DNA of 32,000 nt from Propionibacterium freudenreichii subsp. freudenreichii (GTDB lineage Bacteria > Actinomycetota > Actinomycetes > Propionibacteriales > Propionibacteriaceae), in NCBI RefSeq assembly GCF_000940845.1, contig NZ_CP010341.1:840001-872000 (forward strand). Direction: 5' to 3'. This document shows, piece by piece, positions 18,406 through 25,253 of this stretch. Each line of letters opens with the position of its first letter. Position 1 is the first letter of the stretch. Under the pieces are notes generated by a model. It did not search any database. It saw nothing but the letters and a program-made list of their open reading frames with translations, and had not been told where the DNA came from. The position numbers and the translations under genes were made by a program.

Positions 18406-19698
18406 TCAGTGTGCCGCGGCAGTGAACGGTGACCGGCCGATGATCGTGCCTGTCCTATCGGTGCAGATCACCTCGATGTCGATGGGTGCGTCCACGGTGA
18501 TGGCCGCCTGTTGTGCCGCGGCGCGGGCCACGAGGTCACCCAGCTCGATGCCGGCGTCGCGGGACAGCTGGTAGGCCTGCGAGGCCGTGTGTGCGGCCCC
18601 CACGGCTGCCACGAGTTCGTCATCGCCGCCACCCACCCGGGCCAGTCGCGCCAACTGCTCCTGGTCGACGCTCGTGCGATGGGAGTGCAGGTCGAGGTAG
18701 CCATTGGCCAGCTTCGACATCTTGGCGAAGCCGCCACAGATCGTCAGGCGCGGCAGGGGATGGGAGTGCAGGTACTTCAGCACGGCGCCGGCGAAGTCGC
18801 CCATGTCCAACAACTCGACGTCGGGGTAGAGCTCCCGGGCAATGCGCTGCGAGGTCGAGCCGGTGCAGGCCGCCGCATGGCTGGCCCCATCGGCGCGCGC
18901 GACGTCGATTCCCTCGTGGATGCTGGCGATCCATGCCGAGCATGAGTAGGGGACGACCACCCCGGTGGTTCCCAACACCGACAGGCCACCCAGGATCCCG
19001 ATCTTCGGATTCCAGGTGCGCTGCGCGATCTGTTCCCCGTCGTCGATCGACACTGTCAGCACCACGTCGGGTGAGCCATTGCCGCCCGCCGAGCGGTCGG
19101 CCGCGGCCAGGTTCTCGGCGATATAGGTGCGCGGCACGGGGTTGATGGCCGGTTCGCCCACCGACAGGGGCAATCCCGGTCGGGTGACGGTGCCGACGCC
19201 GCTTCCGGCGCGAAAGGTTATGCCGCTGCCGGGGCGTCCGCGTTCCACGGTGGCCCGGATCACGGCCCCGTCGGTGACATCGGGGTCGTCGCCGGCGTCC
19301 TTGGTGATGGCTGCCATGGCCGTATCGGCACTCAGCTGCTCGAAGGTGAGGGCGAAGGCGGGGCGTCGTCCTGCCGGGAGTTCGACCTCGACCGGATCGG
19401 GGAAGTTCCCGGTGTGCAGGGCCGACCAGGCCGCGCGCGCTGCGGCGGCCGCACAGGCGCCGGTCGTCCACCCAGGACGCAGGCCGGACGAGGTCAGCTG
19501 CGCCTCACGGCCGCTGGTCTGGGCACGGCGCCCCTCGCGGGCCAGGCGGGCATCATTGCCCGGCCCGGCAGGAGCATCGGCGCTTGTCACATGGTGTGGC
19601 GGCTCGCCGGCGGGTGCCGGTGTCGCCCCCGAATCCCGACCGTGGGTGTGGGGCTGGCCGGCGTCGGAGCCGGTGGCATCGGGCTGGCCGGCGCTCAT
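18406..19698 (-). CDS. cbiD: cobalt-precorrin-5B C1-methyltransferase with ~70-aa low-complexity N-terminal extension
   Basis: LRPGWTTGACAAAAARAA, DAGDDPDVT, GEPAINPVP and LGTTGVVVPYSCSAW. The start ATG is in an ATGA overlap with the cbiC stop (19695-19698). Confidence 0.88.
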   Translation of the reverse strand: MSAGQPDATGSDAGQPHTHGRDSGATPAPAGEPPHHVTSADAPAGPGNDARLAREGRRAQTSGREAQLTSSGLRPGWTTGACAAAAARAAWSALHTGNFPDPVEVELPAGRRPAFALTFEQLSADTAMAAITKDAGDDPDVTDGAVIRATVERGRPGSGITFRAGSGVGTVTRPGLPLSVGEPAINPVPRTYIAENLAAADRSAGGNGSPDVVLTVSIDDGEQIAQRTWNPKIGILGGLSVLGTTGVVVPYSCSAWIASIHEGIDVARADGASHAAACTGSTSQRIARELYPDVELLDMGDFAGAVLKYLHSHPLPRLTICGGFAKMSKLANGYLDLHSHRTSVDQEQLARLARVGGGDDELVAAVGAAHTASQAYQLSRDAGIELGDLVARAAAQQAAITVDAPIDIEVICTDRTGTIIGRSPFTAAAH

Positions 19699-20348
19699 TC
19701 CCGGTGCTCGTTGGTGAGCTCGGCGCTGGAGGCAAGCGCGTTGATGGCGGCAACCGCGATGGCGGACCCGCCACGCCTGCCCAGCAGCGTCAGGTAATCG
19801 AGGCCGGCATCATCATCGACCAGCGCCTGCTTGCTCTCCGCGGCACCCACGAAGCCCACCGGAATCCCGATGACGGCGGCGGGTTTCTCGCCGGTCTCGT
19901 GCACCAGCTCGAGCACTCGGAACAGGGCCGTCGGAGCATTGCCGATGGCCACGATCGAGCCCTCGAGCCGGCCCTCCTCATGCCACAGGTCAACGGCCGC
20001 CGAGGTCTTGGTGACGCCCTTTTCCTCGGCGATGCCGGCAAGGCGGGGGTCCTTGATATGGGTGATCACCTCATTGTCGCGGGGCAGCCGGGACCGGATG
20101 ATGCCAGTGGCGGTCATCGAGGAATCACACAGGATGGGGGCCCCCGCGCGCAGGGCCGTGCGTGCGGCCTCACCGACGCCGGTGGTGAAGGCGATGTCGG
20201 CGGCGATCGCCGGATCGGCGGCGGCATGGATCATGCGCACTGCCACCGGTTCGAGGTCGTCGGGGAACCGCGACAGGTCGGCCTCGTCGCGGATGATGCG
20301 GAACGACTCGCGGTAGATATCCGATCCGCGGTTCAGGTAATCACTCAC
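19695..20348 (-). CDS. cbiC: cobalt-precorrin-8 methylmutase
   Basis: GTG20348 lies 9 nt after GGAG. Motifs IYRESFRIIR, VRMIHAAADP, AIGNAPTALF and IGIPVGFVGAAESK. Confidence 0.9.
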   Translation of the reverse strand: MSDYLNRGSDIYRESFRIIRDEADLSRFPDDLEPVAVRMIHAAADPAIAADIAFTTGVGEAARTALRAGAPILCDSSMTATGIIRSRLPRDNEVITHIKDPRLAGIAEEKGVTKTSAAVDLWHEEGRLEGSIVAIGNAPTALFRVLELVHETGEKPAAVIGIPVGFVGAAESKQALVDDDAGLDYLTLLGRRGGSAIAVAAINALASSAELTNEHRE

Positions 20349-20444
20349 AGTTGGTCTCCGTGTGGTTGGTCTTCAGGCAGTTGGTTCCCGCGCGGCCGAC
20401 CACCGCGCAAATTGTTCCCGCGCAATGGGTGACCGACGGACGAG

Positions 20445-21035
20445 TCACGGCTTCACCCAGGTCCAGCTGGTCACCATGCGCAGCGGCTTGAAGCCGTGCA
20501 ATGCACCGATGTGATCGCCGTTGTGCACCTCGAGGCGCATGAGCTCGCCACCATGGTCGAGTGCCAACTGTCCGATCACCAGCTCGGCCTCCAGGGTGAC
20601 GGCGTTGACCACGAAACGACCCCCGGTGTGCAGGGCGTCGATGCAGCGGGCGGCAAGGCTGGCGGTGAGCCCGCCTCCGATGAAGATCGCATCGGGATCC
20701 GGGAGCTGTGGCAGGGCCTGCTCGATGTCGGACTCCACGATCGTCACCTGGCCGGGCAGGGTGAGGTTGGCCGCGTTCTGGCGGGCGTGTTCGGCACGAT
20801 CCGGGCGCTGTTCGACGCCGATTGCGCCGCATCCCGGGTCGGTGCGGCACCACTCGATGGCGATGGATCCGGCCCCGGTGCCCAGGTCCCACAGCATCTG
20901 GCCGGGCAGGGGACGCAGCGCCGCCAGGGCGACGGCCCGGATCGGGTGCTTGGTGATCAACCCGTCATGGACGAAATGGCTTTCGGGCAGCCCGGGCGTG
21001 CGGCCCAACAGGCTCGAATCAGGGTCAGTGGTCAC
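20445..21035 (-). CDS. cbiT: cobalt-precorrin-6B C15-methyltransferase (decarboxylating)
   Basis: GTG start. ITKHPIRAVALAAL, SAM motif LWDLGTGAGSIAIE and IFIGGG. The ~196 aa length is typical of stand-alone CbiT. Confidence 0.85.
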   Translation of the reverse strand: MTTDPDSSLLGRTPGLPESHFVHDGLITKHPIRAVALAALRPLPGQMLWDLGTGAGSIAIEWCRTDPGCGAIGVEQRPDRAEHARQNAANLTLPGQVTIVESDIEQALPQLPDPDAIFIGGGLTASLAARCIDALHTGGRFVVNAVTLEAELVIGQLALDHGGELMRLEVHNGDHIGALHGFKPLRMVTSWTWVKP

Positions 21036-21107
21036 CGGTTCAGGCTATCGTCCGTGGCCCCCGTGGCGGTATCGGTTCCGGGTGGGCCGGTCATGGTCGA
21101 CGGGGGC

Positions 21108-21875
21108 TCAACCCAGCGCGGAACGCACCCAGTCGAGCGTGTCGGCCACGTCATGGAGCACGATTCCGTAGTCAGGGACCGGTGGACGGGCGATCATCAC
21201 CACGCGGGCACCGGTGCGGGCGGCCACCACGAGTTTCGCGGCTGGCTGATCCCCGCCGGAGTCCTTGGTCACCAGGGTGGCGATGCGATGACCGGGATCG
21301 TCCATCAGCGCCTCCTCGGCGGCTTCGCTGAAGGGGCCGCGGGCGTTCAGCAGCCGCCATCGCGGCGGGAGCCCTTCGTCGGGGGCGTCGATCACCCGGT
21401 GGGTGATGTCGCGATCACCCAGGGCCAGGTATTCAGCCGTCGCCTGGCGGCCCACGGTGAGCAGCACCGGATCGGGCAGCGCTCGCACCACCCGGACGGC
21501 GGAGGCATTGTCGGCCACCCAGATCCAGGTGGCGGCGTCGGGCTGTGCCGCCCAACTGGTGGGCACCAGCCGGGCCAACGGAAGGTCGGCCCGTCGGCAG
21601 GCCCGGGCCGCGTGCGCGCTGATGGTGGCCGCGAAGGCATGGGTGGCGTTCACCACCACGCGTGGCCGATTGTCATGCAGCCACCGGGCCAGCCCCTCGA
21701 CGCCGCCGAAGCCGCCATGGCGCGTGGGGCCCGGTAACTGCCGCGGAGCCCGGGTGCGGCCCGCCAGGGAGGTCAGGGCGCTGATGCCGGCGTCGGTCAG
21801 AGTCCGGGCCAGTTGCCGGGCAAGCCGGGTGCCGCCCAGGACCAGCACCTCGGGATCAATGCTGCCCGTAGACAT
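21108..21875 (-). CDS. cbiJ: cobalt-precorrin-6A reductase
   Basis: VLVLGGTRLARQLA, NATHAFA and VTKDSGG are CobK/CbiJ features. ATG21875 overlaps the araD-like gene by 20 nt. Alternative GTG21848 (VLVLGGT...) would remove the overlap. Confidence 0.85.
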   Translation of the reverse strand: MSTGSIDPEVLVLGGTRLARQLARTLTDAGISALTSLAGRTRAPRQLPGPTRHGGFGGVEGLARWLHDNRPRVVVNATHAFAATISAHAARACRRADLPLARLVPTSWAAQPDAATWIWVADNASAVRVVRALPDPVLLTVGRQATAEYLALGDRDITHRVIDAPDEGLPPRWRLLNARGPFSEAAEEALMDDPGHRIATLVTKDSGGDQPAAKLVVAARTGARVVMIARPPVPDYGIVLHDVADTLDWVRSALG

Positions 21876-22548
21876 TCTGGTAACGGTCGTTGAGCTTGTC
21901 GACGTCGTCGGGGGCGATTTCGATCACCCCACCGAGTTGTTGGGCGGCCCACATCGTGTGCGCCACCTCCTCGGTCATCGCGGCGGCCTTGACCGCGGCC
22001 TCGGCGTCGCGCCCGATGGTGAATGGCCCATGGTTCTGCATGAGGACGGCGGGCGACCTGGGGAACTGCTTGAGCGTGTCGACGACACCGGCTCCGATCG
22101 CCTCCGATCCGATGAGGCGGAAGGGTCCCACGGGCACGGGGCCACCGAATTCGTCGCCCATCATGGTCAGCGCGCAGGGGATCGACTTCCCGGTGGCCGC
22201 CCAGGCGGTGGCATAGGTGGAGTGGGTGTGGCATACGCCGAAGACCTCGGGCATGTGCCGATAGATGTAGGCATGCGAGGAGGTGTCGGAGGAGGGCGAG
22301 CCGGCGCCGTCCACGAGGTTGCCCTGCAGGTCGGTGACCACCATCGATTCGGGGGTCAGGTGCTCGTAGCGCACGCCGGAGGGCTTGATCACCAGGAGGT
22401 CGGCCGAGTGGAGGCGCTGCGAGACATTGCCCGCGGTCCACATCACGAGGTTCCAGGCCACCAACTGGTCGTGCAGTGCGGCGACGACCTCGCGCACGGC
22501 ACGGACCTCCGCCCGAGTGGCCTGCGAGAAGTCCTTGAGTGTTGCCAT
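21856..22548 (-). CDS. araD: L-ribulose-5-phosphate 4-epimerase-like class II aldolase/epimerase
   Basis: 230 aa. WTAGNVS, VIKPSG, PSSDTSSH, CHTHSTYATAWA, QNHGPF and the C-terminal YGQH align along the whole length with my memory of E. coli AraD. Confidence 0.8.
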   Translation of the reverse strand: MATLKDFSQATRAEVRAVREVVAALHDQLVAWNLVMWTAGNVSQRLHSADLLVIKPSGVRYEHLTPESMVVTDLQGNLVDGAGSPSSDTSSHAYIYRHMPEVFGVCHTHSTYATAWAATGKSIPCALTMMGDEFGGPVPVGPFRLIGSEAIGAGVVDTLKQFPRSPAVLMQNHGPFTIGRDAEAAVKAAAMTEEVAHTMWAAQQLGGVIEIAPDDVDKLNDRYQNVYGQH

Positions 22549-22615
22549 GCGGCTTGCCTTGTCCCGCCCGCGGAACCGGGCGTGTCGCGTGGGGCGCGGA
22601 ATCGCCGCGTCCGGG

Positions 22616-22697
22616 TACCGGAGAAGGGACTTGAACCCTCACGCCTTTCGGCACAGGAACCTAAATCCTGCGTGTCTGCCAATTCCACCACTCCGGC
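22616..22697 (-). tRNA. tRNA-Leu (anticodon TAG)
   Basis: Hand-folded cloverleaf. Acceptor GCCGGAG/CTCCGGT, anticodon arm CAGGA-TTTAGGT-TCCTG, long variable arm TGCCGAAAGGCGT, T arm GAGGG-TTCAAGT-CCCTT. Length 82 nt, CCA not encoded. Confidence 0.9.
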
Positions 22698-22780
22698 TGA
22701 GCGCGACCAGTGTAGCGACCGGTGCCGTGGCCCCCGGCGTGGACAGGACGGGGCAGCTGCGCCGTTGCGGGCGCGGTGGC

Positions 22781-23269
22781 TCAGACCGCGGCGGGGATGC
22801 CGAGCTTCTTGCGCAGGCGGTCCACATGGCCGGCGGCGCGCACGTCGTAGAGGGCCTCGCGCACAGTGCCCCTGCCGTCGGCGTCGACGTCCACCACGAA
22901 GGTGGAGCGGATGATCCCGTCGATGGGCTTGCCGAAGATCATCTTGGTGCCCCACACGCCGTAGGCATCGATGGCGGTGTGCTGCGGATCGGCCAGCAGC
23001 GTGACGCGCAGGTTCTTGCGCATCCGGAACTTCGCCAGCTTGTCGGTGGTGTCGGGTGAGATGCCGATCACGTCGACGCCCGATTGGGTGAACTCGTCGA
23101 GTGAGGCGGTGAAGTCGATGGCCTGCACGGTGCATCCGGGGGTGAGGGCCGCGGGGTAGAAGTAGACCACCACGGTGCGTGCGGCGTGGTCGGACAACCG
23201 CACGATGTTGCCATCGGCGTCGGGAAGTGCGAATTCAGGGGCCGGGTCACCGGGGGCAAGCGTCGACAT
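22781..23269 (-). CDS. bcp: thiol peroxidase / peroxiredoxin, Bcp type
   Basis: APEFALPD...VVVYFYPAALTPGCTVQA (peroxidatic Cys motif), GISPD and STFVVD. Confidence 0.9.
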   Translation of the reverse strand: MSTLAPGDPAPEFALPDADGNIVRLSDHAARTVVVYFYPAALTPGCTVQAIDFTASLDEFTQSGVDVIGISPDTTDKLAKFRMRKNLRVTLLADPQHTAIDAYGVWGTKMIFGKPIDGIIRSTFVVDVDADGRGTVREALYDVRAAGHVDRLRKKLGIPAAV

Positions 23270-23442
23270 GCTCCCAGATTAGGACACCGGCGAAGTCGAC
23301 CCCGCATTGCACTGTGGCCACGCTATCCCGGGGGTGTGGGGTGAAGGACACCGTGATCTGCAATAGTCTGGGGCGAACAGAAAAGGCCGTCGCGCGCGAT
23401 TCGTGTGCCTGTGGCGGTTATCGTCATCGACTGGAGGACGCC

Positions 23443-23742
23443 GTGGCTCAGCCCGAAACCAATATTGACCGGATCCGGGAACGCATTGCCGCCTCCCGCG
23501 ACGACCTGACCTACGGCATTGAGACGCTCATCTCGACCGTCCACCCGACGGCGCTGAAGAACCGCGCCATCGACGAGGGCAAGGAATTCGCCTCCGAGAA
23601 GGCCGACGAGGCCAAGTCGGCATTCATCGACGAGAACGGCCCCCGCTGGGACCGCATCGGCACCGTGGCACTGGCTGCTGCCGGCGTGATCGTGCTGGCG
23701 ATTTCCGTGCGTGGCCTGGGCCGCGTCATCCGCGGCAAGTGA
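23443..23742 (+). CDS. DUF3618-like small protein with C-terminal transmembrane helix
   Basis: GTG23443 lies 6 nt after GGAGGA (23433-23438). 99 aa: helical N-terminal part and a hydrophobic IGTVALAAAGVIVLAISV near the C-terminus. The ORF-track start at 23179 overlaps the bcp promoter region and is unlikely. Confidence 0.6.
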   Translation: MAQPETNIDRIRERIAASRDDLTYGIETLISTVHPTALKNRAIDEGKEFASEKADEAKSAFIDENGPRWDRIGTVALAAAGVIVLAISVRGLGRVIRGK

Positions 23743-24218
23743 CCCCTCCCGGGGCGCTTGGTACACAGATGTCCGACGACCAGATTCCCGTGACACCTGC
23801 GACGGCGGGGGCGAACCCCGTTCCCGTCGCACAGGACGCACAGGACACCTCGTCGACCCTGCAGGCCGCGGCGCCGGCGGACGTGCCTGATGCGGGCCAT
23901 CTCGAGGAACCGCCGATCCGGATGCTGCACGAGCGCGTACTCGTGTCGATGGAGTCCGAGAAGGGCGAACATCGCAGCGAGGGCGGCATCCTCATCCCGT
24001 CCACCGTGCAGATGGCACATCGCCTCGCCTGGGCCCGCGTGATGGCCGTCGGCCCCAGCGTGCGCGCCGTGAAGGTGGGCGACCGGGTGCTGTTCGACCC
24101 CGCCGAGCGTTCCGAGGTGGAGGTGCGCAACAAGGTCTACGTCCTGCTGCGCGAACGCGACCTCCACGCGGTGGCCGATGAGCAGCTGTCCGACGCCGAA
24201 ACCGGGCTCTACCTGTGA
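23739..24218 (+). CDS. GroES/Cpn10-family protein with Pro/Ala-rich N-terminal extension
   Basis: IRMLHERVLVSMESEKGEHRSEGGILIPS...VMAVGPS...VKVGDRVLF...LLRERDLHAV parallels the GroES beta-barrel pattern. The start is GTG23739 (GTGA overlap with the upstream stop) or ATG23769. Confidence 0.7.
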   Translation: MTPPGALGTQMSDDQIPVTPATAGANPVPVAQDAQDTSSTLQAAAPADVPDAGHLEEPPIRMLHERVLVSMESEKGEHRSEGGILIPSTVQMAHRLAWARVMAVGPSVRAVKVGDRVLFDPAERSEVEVRNKVYVLLRERDLHAVADEQLSDAETGLYL

Positions 24219-24234
24219 AGATGGCACCTCGATT

Positions 24235-24263
24235 TTGTATGAAAGGCCATCCACTCGTATAGT
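24235..24263 (+). promoter_or_regulatory. candidate SigA-type promoter for tRNA-Lys
   Basis: TTGTAT (24235-24240), a 17-nt spacer, then TATAGT (24258-24263). The -10 ends 12 nt upstream of the mature tRNA 5' end. Confidence 0.45.
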
Positions 24264-24275
24264 TGTTTGTCGCAC

Positions 24276-24348
24276 GCGCTGCTAGCTCAACTGGCAGAGC
24301 ATCTGACTCTTAATCAGAGGGTTCAGGGTTCGAGTCCCTGGCGGCGCA
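24276..24348 (+). tRNA. tRNA-Lys (anticodon CTT)
   Basis: Acceptor GCGCTGC/GCGGCGC (one G-U pair), D arm GCTC-AACTGGCA-GAGC, anticodon arm TCTGA-CTCTTAA-TCAGA, T arm CAGGG-TTCGAGT-CCCTG. Length 73 nt. Confidence 0.92.
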
Positions 24349-24364
24349 CAGTGCAGGAGATTGA

Positions 24365-24407
24365 ACGAAGAGGCTCCTTCCGGATCATCCGGAAGGAGCC
24401 TCTTCGT
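24365..24407. terminator. perfect 43-bp palindrome (21-bp arms), candidate bidirectional terminator after tRNA-Lys and gatD
   Basis: ACGAAGAGGCTCCTTCCGGAT-C-ATCCGGAAGGAGCCTCTTCGT read directly. It lies between the tRNA-Lys 3' end (24348) and the convergent gatD stop (24480). Confidence 0.6.
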
Positions 24408-24479
24408 CTGTTCGGTGATGGTTCGGGGCGCTCGTCCGGTAAGGGTCCACCTTCCCGGACCCGCCGCGACGGTGCTCCC

Positions 24480-25253
24480 TCAGCTGCGCTCGCCGAGCCA
24501 GCGGGTGTCCTCCGACAGGCTCTTGGTGTGGCGCACCACATTGATGCGTTGGTGGCGCAGCGTCGCCAGCTCGTCGTTGACCTGTTCGTTGGGCAGCGGT
24601 TCGAGCCTGCGGTCCAGGGCGACGCCCAACAGGTAGTCAGCCAGCAGGGGATTGCGCGGCAGCAGGGGGCCATGGGGATAGATGCCCATCACACGCCCCT
24701 GGACGGCCCCGTCGGTGCCGTCGCCACGGTTGCCGACGCCGAGCTCCACCCTCGCGAACGGGGCAGCCTTCGGACCCAGGGTCGTATAGCCACCATGGTT
24801 CTCAAAGCCGGTCAGCAGGTAGTCGTCGCCCTCGGGCGTCATCCAGTGGCTGAGCACCTCGCCGACGGCGCGGACCGGGCCACGACGGGTGTCCACATCC
24901 AGCAGTCCGAGTCCCTCGATCACGGTGTCGTCGTCGCCGACGGTGAAGCTGTTCCCCAGGATCTGGTAGCCGGCGCAGACGGAGAACAGCACGGCCCCGT
25001 CGTCCAGCGCCCGGAAGAGCCCACCATCGGCCCGCAGGGCGTCCACGGCCGCGATCTGGGCCTGGTCCTCGCCGCCACCCAGCAGGTAGACGGCCCCGTT
25101 GGTGGGCACCGGCTGGCCCGGTTCCACCATGATGAGCTCCGAGGCGATGCCGCGCCACGACAGGCGCTTGGCCAGCACCATGCCATTGCCGCGGTCGCCG
25201 TAGATGCCCAGCAGGCTCTGGTAGACCACCACGATCTTGATCGGCTTCACCAT
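24480..25253 (-). CDS. gatD: lipid II isoglutaminyl synthase, glutamine amidotransferase subunit (GatD, CobQ/CobB-type GATase)
   Basis: IVVVYQSLLGIYGDRGN and catalytic VCAGYQILG. It is paired with murT immediately upstream. ATG25253 (MVKPIKIVV...) overlaps the murT stop by 7 nt. The ORF track also allows ATG25274. Confidence 0.85.
   Translation of the reverse strand: MVKPIKIVVVYQSLLGIYGDRGNGMVLAKRLSWRGIASELIMVEPGQPVPTNGAVYLLGGGEDQAQIAAVDALRADGGLFRALDDGAVLFSVCAGYQILGNSFTVGDDDTVIEGLGLLDVDTRRGPVRAVGEVLSHWMTPEGDDYLLTGFENHGGYTTLGPKAAPFARVELGVGNRGDGTDGAVQGRVMGIYPHGPLLPRNPLLADYLLGVALDRRLEPLPNEQVNDELATLRHQRINVVRHTKSLSEDTRWLGERS

Noticed and set aside
22709-22714. TACACT -10-like hexamer (minus strand) 11 nt upstream of tRNA-Leu
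   Set aside because: No acceptable -35 lies at 16-19 nt spacing. A lone hexamer is insufficient support for a promoter call.
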